A DNA stretch of 63,716 bases, counting the filler, from Octopus bimaculoides (Eukaryota): the NCBI RefSeq assembly GCF_001194135.2. It is 5 parts of 5 records of this genome, joined end to end, with 100 filler letters (N's around TTAATTAATTAA, not from the genome) between each part and the next. Parts side by side here need not be neighbours in the genome. Positions count along the whole stretch, not along the records: positions 1 to 28,665 come from NC_069002.1; 4 more parts are not named here. One strand, 5' to 3'. The translations under genes were made by a program, and so were the position numbers. Shown here one piece after another: positions 12,662-23,457 of the stretch; position 1 is the first letter of the stretch, and every line of letters starts with the position of its first letter. The notes beneath the pieces were generated by a model that made no database searches, had not been told where the DNA came from, and saw only the letters and a program-made list of their open reading frames with translations.

Positions 12662-12800
12662 CCATATACTCACGCGCGCGCACACACAGAGGGAAGCAGA
12701 AAGAAAGTAAGAGAGAGGGAGGGAGTCGGTGTGTATAGCGAAGCGACTCCAATAGAGGGCGTTGCAGTCGCTGAGATGGCGGCCGCAGCAACTCACGTCG
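12660..12800. promoter_or_regulatory. CpG-rich promoter/5' region of WDR91, possibly bidirectional
   Basis: Local CpG enrichment (cacgcgcgcg, gtcggt, agcgaagcga, gggcgttgcagtcgc) next to the ATG, in an otherwise AT- and microsatellite-rich region. Confidence 0.45.
12674..12745 (-). other. Candidate non-coding first exon of a divergent transcript (5' boundary approximate)
   Basis: Consensus donor GCGC|GTGAGTA on the - strand at 12673, about 100 bp upstream of the WDR91 ATG, in a CpG-rich patch. Confidence 0.35.
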
Positions 12801-12898
12801 ACGAATTGGTAAAAGAATATCTTTTACAGAGAGGCCTCACTTCTTCTTTCCGTGCATTTGAGTTGGAACTGAAGAATGAGAAAGAGAAAGGACTTCGG
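12776..12898 (+). CDS. WDR91: WD repeat-containing protein 91, coding exon 1 (MAAAATHVDELVKEYLLQRGLTSSFRAFELELKNEKEKGLR)
   Basis: ATG at 12776 and a GTAAGC donor at 12899. The 41 aa match the WDR91 N-terminus as I recall it (human [21 protein letters not shown]...KEKGFR). Phase 0. Confidence 0.95.
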
Positions 12899-13373
12899 GT
12901 AAGCACATGTCTATATATATCTAATATGTACACCCCGTAATGCTTTGATGTCGAGCACCTGCTTGCTGCTACTAATTGCTGATGTGAAGAATCACGATTA
13001 TGATGATGATGGTGGTGGTGGTGGTTTCGGTTTCGCTTCGCTTCGGTTCCAGTTCTATGGATGATATTATTATTATTATTATTGTTAGTCATAATGATTG
13101 CAGCTGGCTTTTTCTTGGGTTCTCGTGCTAAAACCTTGGGAGGGGGGGCCGAATCAATTGCAATCTGTCCCACCACAGCTACTCATTTCAACAAAACAAC
13201 ATAACACTATACTTGCACAACGATACACACACACACATATGTATATATATATATACAAAAATAAGGGGAATGACCAGCAAAAGTATACTCCTATATGCTA
13301 GAAATAGATGCCGAATCATCTAACCAATTTCTACCCTTATTAATAAATTTTATGTATATATATATGTATATAG

Positions 13374-13410
<37 letters not shown>

Positions 13411-14431
13411 TTATATAACGAGTGTATACTTTTGATATGTGTGCTTGTACCCCTACCTATCACTTTTCTTTTGATTCTACCATCACCACATCCAGTGCTA
13501 TTTTACTAATAATTTTTACGATTTCTGTTGCATAGTATCACCACCATACACCTGTAGATGTCTTAGAATTATATTAATCCTAACTGTTCCTTTTAAATTT
13601 TTATTCTGTAATTAACTTGCTGTACGTCTAAACCACTTCAAAGTTGTTATTAAAACACCTTGTGTTGTCTTCAATGCATCCTGTTTCTGTTTTTTTTTTC
13701 TTTTTTAAATTTGTAAATCCTGGATCCAAATGACTGATTCTTATGATCTATCCTTGTTTCGTTCACATATTGATTATCTATCTATCTATCTGTCTGTCTA
13801 GCTATCTGTCTATCTAATCATATCTATCTATCATACATTTACACGAGTTAAATATGCTTATTGAACATAAACAAAAATATATTTATAACACACCGCTGTC
13901 AGTAATAATAATATAGCTATATATATATATATATATATTTGGTGATGTGAATAGGAAAAAGAATATATATAATTAACAATTTAATAACAAACTGGCTCTA
14001 GTTACGGAATCAGTTATACATTTGTATACCAGTGATAATGATATTTCCTTAGATATAGACGTGCATTTCTATGTACATGTGTGTACATATATATATATAT
14101 ATAAGATGAGTGTGAGTGTGTATATATTTGATTAAGGGTGTATATAAGTCCCGTTGTTTGTATCTAAGCCAACATGATTACTCACATATTTAAATATATA
14201 TTTCCGTGTATGTATTATTAGCTTGATAAGCGGCATGATCAAAGATCTTCTGTTATGTTATGCAAGTGTCACGATACACTCCAAATCACGTACATCATTT
14301 AATAAACACGGAATTTAAATATAAGCTACTATAGATTTCATGCATCCGGCATTACACTAATCGGACGAGTCTGTTATTTAGCGTGCTGTGTAGTATCCCT
14401 GCAATTTTCCAGGCTCAAAACACGTGTACAT

Positions 14432-14831
14432 ACTCTCTCTCTTTTACTTGTTTCCGTCATTTGACTGTGGCCATGCTGGAGCACCGCCTTTAGTCGAGCA
14501 AATCGACCCCAGGACTTATTCTTTGGATGCCTAGTACTTATTCTATCGGTCTCTTTTGCCGAACCGCTGAGTTACGGGGACATAAACACACAAGCATCGG
14601 TTGTCAAGCGATGTTGGGGGGACAAACACAGACACACAAACATATATATATATATATACATATATACGACAGGCTTCTTTCAGTTTCTGTCTACCAAATC
14701 CACTCACAAGGCTTTGGTCGGCCCGAGGCTATAATAGAAGACACTTGCCCAAGGTGCCACGCAGTGGGAACGAACCCGGAACCATGTGGTTGGTAAGCAA
14801 GCTACTTACCACACAGCCACTCCTGCGCCTA
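14432..14831 (-). mobile_element. SINE family B, full length (WDR91 intron 1)
   Basis: Complete head (AGGCGCAGGAGTGGCTGTGTGG on the - strand) and tail. Confidence 0.87.
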
Positions 14832-15252
14832 TGTACACACACAACACAACACGCACATATACATACACGCATACCGTTATATATATGCAGTTGTTTTTCT
14901 GTTTGTTTGATACTACTCATCATCATCATCATCATCATTTAACGTCCGCCTTCCATGCTGGCATGGGTTGGACGGGGTGACCGAAGCTGGTAAGCCTGGG
15001 GACTGCGTCATCTGCATTGGCATGTCCTTTTTACTGCTGTATGTCTTTCCTAACGCCAGTCACTTTACAGAGTGGACTGGGTGGGTTTTTTTACATGGCA
15101 TCAGCACTGGCGAGGTGACCAAGTAACTTGCAGGACAAGGATCCTTTGAGAGGTGGAGTGGTATTGAAGGAGGTGGCTTTGTACCAGGTGATGAGAGGTT
15201 AGAAGTTAGAGTATGACAAACTGACAGAAACAAGTGACTTGCAGTAGAAATA

Positions 15253-15468
15253 TGAGGGGATGCTGAAAAGTTCCTGGCATTAAGGGTGTCGCGAAGGGCC
15301 TGGTTGGAGACCCGACCTTCCGAGTTCTTTTACAGAGCTTAGAAAAACTGAAGGACTGCTGCAATAAGTGTGTGAATCTGAGAGGGAAATACGTTTAATA
15401 AAATCATAATTAACTGAACCGCTAGTATTTTCTTTTACCCAAATCCAGGATCTTTTCAGCACCCCTCG
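15253..15468 (+). mobile_element. Tc1/mariner deletion derivative (MITE)
   Basis: TIRs (T)GAGGGGATGCTGAAAAGTTCCTGG / CCAGGATCTTTTCAGCACCCCTCG with TA on both sides. The interior retains a mariner C-terminal-like KKLKDCCNKCVNLRGKYV*. Confidence 0.82.
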
Positions 15469-15699
15469 TACGTATATTGATACAACAAAGGTCACAGACA
15501 CATTTCCACTACATTCATCTTTATTTATGACATTTTCTGTCTTGTCTTGTTGCCGACCAGATTTGACGAATGAAATATATTTTGTTGACTGTTAGCTGTC
15601 TAATTTAGTGAAACAAAACGTGCGCGCGTGCACACACACATACACACACTTGCAAAACTTTGTATGCCAAATGGATCATCAATATACATATCCTGTTCC

Positions 15700-15905
15700 T
15701 CCTTTTACTTCCATACATAAACACGAACACTTCACAATTTTTTTTTATTCTCTCTCTATTTATTTCTTCATGTTCCTTTCTGTTGAAGAGCGTAGGCTCG
15801 AAACTTAAAAGACTTTCTCAACTTCCCGAGCGTCAAACTAATACACCTGTTTGTTGTTTATACTCTTGTCTTTGTTTTTTGTTCTGTGAATTTCATTTAT
15901 ATTGT
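15700..15905 (+). mobile_element. Penelope-like terminal repeat with a hammerhead-like motif, copy 1
   Basis: CTTTCTGTTGAAGAGCGTAGGCTCGAAAC followed by CGTCAAACTAATACACC..TTGTTGTTTA, shared with the 18.0 and 39.5 kb copies. Confidence 0.55.
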
Positions 15906-16622
15906 TTAGTCTCAGGGCAATCCTAATCGAACGGACTTAGAGTCGATGACACCCCAGCCGTGACCATACCGTCTTATTTCAGGATATTTATGGACAAAAT
16001 TATCCAAATTGCTTTCTGCTATTTTTAAGACAGCAAGACATGCTTTGAGGAAGATTTTTTTGCTCGTTCTAACAACTGGTGAACTTGTATTGTTATTGTT
16101 TAACCATTGGCCAGCAGAGATGTTATTGAAGGCGTTCCAACCGTGATCATCACGTATCTTTACACCTAGTTTATGACAAAATAAGTTGTACAATGTGTCT
16201 TCTTTTTGTTATTTATTTAGCGATAATATTGTGCCATTTAAGAGAGGAGATATGGCTCTTACCTCTAGCCAGCTCTTCCCAATAATCTTTCTTGTTTGCG
16301 TTTGATAAATTCGGTTAATTACGGTCGTACGTACTGATAGATAGATAGATAGATAGATAGAGAAACGGATAGATATGTAGGCTGAGAGATAAAGTGATGA
16401 TGGTGGTGTTGGTGGTGGTGGTTAATTAGTTTATCAATGCCAGACCAATAAGTTTGATGTCATAGCATTCTCGTGACTAAACACACACACACACTTGTTT
16501 ATGTGTGTATATATAATTAATGTTCCCATTAACACTATATTTTAAAATAGCCACTGTTAGGTTACGGCATCACGTGCGCATGTACATATGTATGTCTGTG
16601 TGTGCGCACGTATGTACGTATG

Positions 16623-16668
<46 letters not shown>

Positions 16669-17223
16669 GAGGCCTAGATAACAATGACCTCTCGGCATTG
16701 TGTAAATCACGGTCATTTGCATATGCTTCCAACTGTGTAGTTGTTGCTGTTGATTTTGTTAGTGGGAGTTAGGCCTGCTACCCATGCACCTGCTGTTGGA
16801 ATTTTTTTTTTTTTTAAATTACAGACTTACTTCCCTTTACGTTCTGTGTTTAGCTCTTACAGGGGTTAACTTTTGTCGATTTAACTCTTCCAAGATCGAT
16901 AAAATAAATATACACCAGTCATGTACTGAAGGATTCGATTGAAGCGATTAAAAATGCCACCTATCTCTCTCCCCCCCCCCATTTTCCGAAAACAAACAAA
17001 CAAACGACAATCCGTATGGACTTTTGCCTTGAAGCAATGCACGCAAGAATAATGGTGCAGTAACAGTTATGTCCCTTCGCTTTTAGCTTTCCAGGTACGG
17101 CTGTGGGTTCTGTTTGCAGTCACCTAGTTTCGGATTCAGCCCCACTGCACGTGTATAGCCCCAGACCGACTAATGCCTTGTGAGTAAATTTGGTAGACGG
17201 AAAGGATGTGGAAGCTCGACGCA

Positions 17224-17257
<34 letters not shown>

Positions 17258-17262
17258 ACTCT

Positions 17263-17420
17263 TGGCTGTGTGGTAAGTAGCTTGCTCACCAACCACATGG
17301 TTCCGGGTTCAGTCCCACTGCGTGGCACTTTGGGAAAGTGTCTTCTTCTATAGCCTTGGGCCGACCAAAGCCTTGTGAGTGGATCTGGTAGACGGAAACT
17401 GAAAGAAACCCCCTCCTATA
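17263..17420 (+). mobile_element. SINE family B, 5' half (WDR91 intron 1)
   Basis: GGCTGTGTGGTAAGTAGC...GGTTCAGTCCCACTGCGTGGCACTTTGGGAAAG...GGAAACTGAAAG. Confidence 0.8.
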
Positions 17421-18039
17421 TATGTATATACATACTCTATATTAAAAAAAAAAATGTTTACCCATGTTGTCACGTTTTTGCTTTCTTACTTGGTCTAGGT
17501 GTACCATGGAGTAAGATGGCAGTAAGTAGTTTGTAAGAAATTTTGGTAGCTACTTGTAGCAGGTCAAACACCCACATAGAAATTCCCCTCATTCTTGTTA
17601 AGCTGTAGGGCAGCTGAAATTACTATGCATTGATCTCTAATGATAGAGAATATTTACATCTTGTTCTGGGTTCAAATCCTGTCTACATCAACTTTGTTCT
17701 TCATCCTTCCAGGGTCTATATATACAAGAGTTGGTTTCTTTATTGATTTATCAATAACTCCTCTTTTTCTACTAATTTGTGGCCTCTTGCCAATGTCAGA
17801 GGTGATTTTGTTTTTATTATTTTTTTTTTATTGATTCGTGATAATCTGTTTTGAAAATAGTATCTTTCTGCTTATGTAAGAAACATAGATAGTATGGAAG
17901 TGTGTGTATATGTATATTCTTTTATTTGTTTCAGTCAATTGACTGCAGCCATGCTGTGTATAAATGTATATGTGCATGTGTGTGTATATTCGCCATGATA
18001 GATCGCTGACCACTACATAAAAATTTTTTTTTTTTTCCT

Positions 18040-18195
18040 TGTTTCTTTCCTTATTTCTTTCTGTGTTCTTTTCTGTAGAAGAGCGTAGGCTCGAAACGTC
18101 AAAGACTTTCTCTATTCCCAAGCGTTAAACTAATACATCCATTTGTTGTTTACACCACCTGTCTTCGTTTGTTGTTTTTTTCGTAAATTCGGCAC
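18040..18195 (+). mobile_element. Penelope-like terminal repeat with a hammerhead-like motif, copy 2
   Basis: TCTTTTCTGTAGAAGAGCGTAGGCTCGAAACGTCAAAGAC plus the shared downstream sequence. Confidence 0.55.
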
Positions 18196-18666
18196 TGTCA
18201 TGGTATTAGCTGTCAGAAGTGAAAGTAGATGGAACAGGGACAACTGACGAAGGGGTATACTCTTTATGTTGCATGTCTCGTTTCTCTGTTTGTTTTTTCA
18301 TTGTTCGAAAAAAAGTTCGTTTTCTATGTTTTCGTTTCTCATTGTGTTTAACGTTTTTTTTTTATGTCCTGTACCCATATATGCATGTATATATATACAT
18401 ATATATGTAGGTGTGTACATATATGTATGTATATATGCATATATTTATATATTATTTATATTATTATATATATGTATGTATGTATATGTGTGTGTGTGTA
18501 TATATATATGTGTGTGTGTGTGTGTGTATATATATATGTGTATATATATGTGTGTGTAAGACTGTCACATTCTCTGTTTGTTTATGCCTGTTCTCTCTCT
18601 CTTTCTCTCTCTCTCTCTCTTTTTCTTCCTCTCTCATTGTATTCTTTTCATTTCTCCTGTTTTCAG

Positions 18667-18931
18667 GTCGACAAATTGCTGGATCAGTTACAGCAATATA
18701 TCTCCTCGTTTGACTTGACCAGTCTTCGAGACTACTGGTCTCGCCTCAACACACGCCTCTTCTCACGCCTCGACCAGCGGTACATGGCCGGAGTGCGGAA
18801 AATGGAAGTCGGCCTCCTCAAGTTTTATCTCATATATGCAACGCAGAACAACAAGCATGACAAGATAATGGAATTCTTCGAGAAACTCACTATGGAACTT
18901 CAGAATCAACCTGAATTTCGAGAATGGTTTA
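18667..18931 (+). CDS. WDR91: WDR91 coding exon 2 (VDKLLDQLQQYISSFDLTSLRDYWSRLNTRLFSRLDQ...ELQNQPEFREWF)
   Basis: Pyrimidine tract plus TTTCAG acceptor and a GTAAGT donor; 265 nt. Closely resembles human [36 protein letters not shown]...ELQNQAEWKDWF. Confidence 0.95.
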
Positions 18932-19002
18932 GTAAGTATATTCTTAAATTTAACAGTAGTAGTCGTAGTAGTAGTAGTAGTAGTAGCTGCTTTTGTTCCT
19001 TT

Positions 19003-19203
19003 ATTCTTTTACTTGTTTCAGTCATTTGACTGTGGCCATGCTGGAGCACCGCCTTAAAAGGAATCGACCCCAGGGCTTATTCTTTGTAAGCCTGGTACTT
19101 ATTCTTTCCATCTCTTTTTGCCGAACCACTAAGTAACGGGGACGTAAACACACCAACATCGGTTGTCAAGTGGTGGTGGTGGTAGGAGAGGGGACAAACA
19201 AAG

Positions 19204-19286
<83 letters not shown>

Positions 19287-19400
19287 CATATACATATATA
19301 TAATATATGTATGTATATACGATGGGCTTCTTTCAGTTTCCATCTACCAAATCTGCTCACAAGCATGGCCGCATTCTAATGACTGAAAACAAGTAAAAGA
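19003..19400 (-). mobile_element. SINE family B, partial, with an expanded (CA)n tract
   Basis: Tail and central parts match family B. Confidence 0.75.
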
Positions 19401-19494
19401 TGTAAGATATATATCTTTGATCTACTTTCTCCATTTTTTTCTGTGTTTATTTTCTTTCTTTTGTCTATTTTAAAATTTTTGTCTTCTTTTCCAG

Positions 19495-19617
19495 TTTTAC
19501 CTTTCGTTCGGAATCCAGAAGAACATCCATTATTTTCAATCCATTTCACACGCCAATGGCAGGAAACCTATTTTCTATCACTTCACAATTTCCTCAGTGC
19601 TGTCTTACAAGTTATCC
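19495..19617 (+). CDS. WDR91: WDR91 coding exon 3 (ILPFVRNPEEHPLFSIHFTRQWQETYFLSLHNFLSAVLQVI-P), ending at a U12 ATATCCTT donor
   Basis: TTTTCCAG acceptor with phase 1 matching exon 2; 123 nt. Matches human [42 protein letters not shown]. Confidence 0.92.
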
Positions 19618-20820
19618 ATATCCTTTTTTTTTTGCATGCGTGTTTGAAGATTCTTGGTCATCTAACAAAATTTTTGGGCAATTTTTTATTACTTTTCTGA
19701 TTATCAAAATATTCTTCTTATAAGCCCATATGTTGGCACTCCGCGCTTATGACATCGAGGGTTCCAGTTGATCCGATCAACGGAACAGCCTGCTCGTGAA
19801 ATTAACGTGCAAGTGGTTGAGCACTCCACAGACACGTGTACCCTTTACGTAGTTCTCGGGGATATTCAGCATGACACAGTGTGACATGGCTGGCCCGTTG
19901 AATTACAGGCACAACAGAAACAGGAAGTAAGAGTGAGAGAAAGTTGTGGTGAAAGAGTACAACAGGGTTCGCCACCATCCCCTGCTGGAGCCTCGTGGAG
20001 CTTTAGGTGTTTTCGCTCAATAAACACTCATAACGCCCGGTCTGAGAATTGAAATCGTGATCCTTTGACCGCGAGTCCGCTGCCCTAACCACTGGGCCAT
20101 TGCGCCTCCACATAAGCCCATATACATACGTACATACATAATTACACCCACTACAAAAACACACACACACATATTGTTGCTATTATGCAAAATTGTCGTA
20201 AGTCCAAAATGTTGCTTTTTCAGTAAATGTTAAAAAGAGTTTCATCATTCCATCTCTTTTTACCTTAGCAACAGTTTCAGCTTAGCAACAGTTTCAGCTT
20301 ATCAATAATACTTTGTTGGGTGCATAACATCGTTGGCAAAAATGGCATTTGTGGGACGTAAACATCAAGCAATGGTAAGGGGACAAACAAAGACACACAT
20401 ATATGATGGGCTTCTTTCAGTTTCCGTCTACCAAATCCATTCACAAGGCTCTGGTCGGCCCGAGGCTATAGTAGAAGACACTTGCCCAAAGTGCCACGCA
20501 GTGGGACTGANNNNNNNNNNNNNNNNNNNNNNNNNNNNNNNNNNNNNNNNNNNNNNNNNNNNNNNNNNNNNNNNNNNNNNNNNNNNNNNNNNNNNNNNNN
20601 NNNNNNNNNNNNNNNNNNNNNNNNNNNNNNNNNNNNNNNNNNNNNNNNNNNNNNNNNNTATGGACACCGAAAAAAATGAAAGGCAAATTTGCTTTGGCAG
20701 AATTTGAACTCCGGACATTAGGAACCAAAAGTAAAGCCACCAAACAATGTTCAAATAATGATAGGATTTCAGTTAAGGATTTCATTTTGTGTGATTTTTT
20801 TTCCTTAATTCCATTTCCAC
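19618..20820 (+). other. U12-type (minor spliceosome) AT-AC intron of WDR91
   Basis: 5' end ATATCCTTT, branch site TTCCTTAAT at 20801-20809, terminal AC at 20819-20820. Splicing here rebuilds a CCC Pro codon and keeps the frame. Confidence 0.88.
19732..20111 (-). mobile_element. SINE family A, full length with a 12-bp TSD, inside the U12 intron
   Basis: ATAAGCCCATAT is present at both 19720-19731 and 20112-20123. Confidence 0.9.
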
Positions 20821-20903
20821 CCCGTCCAACACTGCTTGCTTTTGAAGAAGACACACTTCAGAAGAAGAAAATCCTACAAGAAAATGAAATGCTGAAAATG
20901 AAG
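20821..20903 (+). CDS. WDR91: WDR91 coding exon 4 (P-RPTLLAFEEDTLQKKKILQENEMLKMK)
   Basis: 83 nt after the AC acceptor, GTATTG donor. Aligns with human [28 protein letters not shown]. Confidence 0.9.
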
Positions 20904-21451
20904 GTATTGCTTCTCAGTACATCTTTTCCTTCCTTCCTTCCTTCCTTCCTTCCTTCCTTCCTTTCTTTCTTTCTCAAAGTAATTTCATTTTAGTGGGTTG
21001 TATAAGTCATTGTTATTATCATCATCATCATCATCATCATTATTTGACACCCATTGTCCATGCAGGCAAGGGTCTGACGGTTTGACTGGGCTGGCACACT
21101 GGAAGGCTGCACCAGACCCCAGTCTGATCTGGCATGGTTTTCTACGGCTGGATGCCCTTCCTAACGCTGACCACTCCGAGAGTGTAATGGGTGCTTGAGT
21201 TAATGTGAAGCTGCTGTCTGATTTGGCATGGTTTCTACAGCTGGATGCCTTTCCTAACTCCAACCACTTTACAGAGTGTGCTGGATGCTTTCGACAGAGT
21301 AATCTGAACGCTAAAGGGTTGATATAAAGTTAATTACTATACCAGATTTAGCTTGGTGCTCGTAGGGTCTTAGCTTTGTCCAGTCCACCACAGCCTTCCT
21401 TTTGCCATGATATTAACAAATGTATGTTTACTTTGCTCTTGCACTTCCCAG

Positions 21452-21576
21452 CTTCATGCCCAGATCCAAGCTGAGGCGGCCAAACACAGCAACAGTGGAG
21501 AACGGCGCCACACAGTCTCTGCTGACCATGTGCATCCTTCCGAGGAATTGATCTTTGATTTTTCCGGTCTTTCAGA
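21452..21576 (+). CDS. WDR91: WDR91 coding exon 5 (LHAQIQAEAAKHSNSGERRHTVSADHVHPSEELIFDFSGLS)
   Basis: TTCCCAG acceptor in phase 0 and a GTTAGT donor in phase 2. The start resembles human LFALQAEI and the frame is continuous with the flanking exons. Confidence 0.8.
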
Positions 21577-21746
21577 GTTAGTATTGCTTATTCTTAATCT
21601 AAACTTTGTTTCTCTAAACTGGATTTTTGTCCGTGATATGGTTTTGTTTGTCGTAATGTTCCTTTATGTTTTTTTTTTTTTTGTTACATTAACTTCTTAA
21701 CAACATTCTTTGAAAAGGTTAGCAACATTTGTTGTTCCCCCTCCCT

Positions 21747-22160
21747 TTGTTAGCAACATTTGTTGGCTACTTGTTAGCAACATTTGTTGGCTACTTGTTA
21801 GCAACATTTGTTGGCTACTTGTTAGCAACATTTGTTGGCTACTTGTTAGCAACNNNNNNNNNNATTTGTTGGCTACTTGTTAGCAACATTTGTTGGCTAC
21901 TTGTTAGCAACATTTGTTGGCTACTTGTTAGCAGCATTTGTTGGCTACTTGTTAGCAACATTTGTTGGCAACTTGTTAGCAGCATTTGTTGGCTACTTGT
22001 TAGCAGCATTTGTTGGCTACTTGTTAGCAACATTTGTTGGCTACTTGTTAGCAGCATTTGTTGGCTACTTGTTAGCAGCATTTGTTGCCTACTTGTTAGC
22101 AACATTTGTTGGCTACTTGTTAGCAACATTTGTCAGCCACTTGTAAGCAATATTTGTTAA
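21747..22160. repeat. 24-bp minisatellite (TTGTTGGCTACTTGTTAGCAACAT)n, about 16-17 copies, in WDR91 intron 5
   Basis: Directly visible tandem array with AAC/AGC variants. Confidence 0.95.
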
Positions 22161-22489
22161 ACATGTTACCAAACACTCATCAAACACTTGTGTACAAGAA
22201 TTTCTTCTGGAATTTGCTAGCAACATTCGCTGATCATTTGTTGGCAACATTTGCAGATGGGCTTCTTTGAGTTTCTATCTACCAAATCTACTTACAAGGC
22301 TTTGATCAACTCAGCGCTATAGTAGAAGACACTTACTCAAAGTGCCTGACTATGGGACTGAACCGGGAACTAAGTGGTTTGGAATCAATCTTCTTACCAC
22401 ACAACCACACCTGTGCTTATATCTTGAGTAATCTGAATATCAAGGTGCTAAACAACAACAGTAGTAAAGTTCCTTCTGGAGTCATACTG

Positions 22490-22925
22490 ACTCATAAGGG
22501 CCGGTTCCCATGGCGTATATATTCCCAACCTGGATGGGCTGCCAGTCCGCCGCATGATTACTCATTTTTGCCAGCTGAGGCGACTGGAGCAACGTGAAAT
22601 AAAGTACTTTGCTCAAGAACACAATGCGTTGCCTGGTCCAGAAATCGAAACCACAATCATATGATCATGAGTCCAACATCCCTAACCACTAAGTTACCTT
22701 CTTGAATCATGCCAATTCATAAGGCTGGTTTCCATGACGTATAAAATTCTCCACGTGGATGGGATGCTGGTCCATCACAGAATTACTCATTTTTACCTGC
22801 TGAGTGAACTGAAGCAACGTGAAACAAAGTGTTTTGCTGAAGAACGTGTTGCCTGGTCCAGGAATTGAAACCACAATCTTAGGATCATGAATCCAACATC
22901 CCTAACCACTAAGCCACATGCCCCC
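22490..22925 (-). mobile_element. Two tandem decayed SINE family D-like copies
   Basis: ATTACTCATTTT...GCTGAG..ACTG.AGCAACGTGAAA...GAAACCACAATC...CCCTAACCACTAAG occurs twice. Confidence 0.6.
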
Positions 22926-23087
22926 AGTAAACAACAATGACGTATTTTTATACACAGTTGTCAACAGCATGCTTTTGTATTAATGTGATATTTTTCAGTA
23001 AATGAAGAATAAAGAGGTTGATTTCTTGTCCAAATGGGAATCAAATGTTTGATTGTTTTAATATTTCTTCTTCCTGCCATATTGCAG

Positions 23088-23457
23088 TGAGTCTCTCAAT
23101 GAAAAGACTAAAAAGACCGGGAAACGGTTTGCGCTGAACTTCTCTTCATCACCTCTGCTTGGCAAGAAATTAAGTGTGGCCACTTTAAAGAAATCAGAAT
23201 CATCGACGGCTCCGAAAGAAGTACCGAAATCTTCAAAGAACCGAAACAACCAAGGCTTCCCTATAATCAATGGAGCACAGGCTAACACGAGTGGACTGAA
23301 AGTTGGTTCTGTTGGCAACATATCCGGATCACCTTCGCACTCTGAGGAAAGTCTTTCAGGAGTGGCCAGCAGCCGATCTCGACACCAAATGGAGGAGTAC
23401 GAAAAGCAGCGGCGAGCCCTTCTTGGACTGTCCGATTCCAGCCGTTCCAAAGATAAG
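23088..23457 (+). CDS. WDR91: WDR91 coding exon 6, low-complexity linker (D-ESLNEKTKKTGKRF...RSRHQMEEYEKQRRALLGLSDSSRSKDK)
   Basis: ATTGCAG acceptor in phase 2, 370 nt open frame, GTAAAA donor. RHQMEEYEKQRRALL resembles human RRLQDHGKERKELF. Exons 1-6 total 1089 nt, or 363 codons. Confidence 0.82.

Noticed and set aside
19611-19616. Canonical GT donor (CAA|GTTATC) for WDR91 exon 3
   Set aside because: It is a weak donor. Its phase does not suit the next exon and it would lose conserved residues, whereas the AT-AC junction has perfect U12 signals at both ends.
21747-22160. CRISPR-like regular repeat
   Set aside because: The units are directly adjacent with no unique spacers, there are no cas genes, and the context is eukaryotic.
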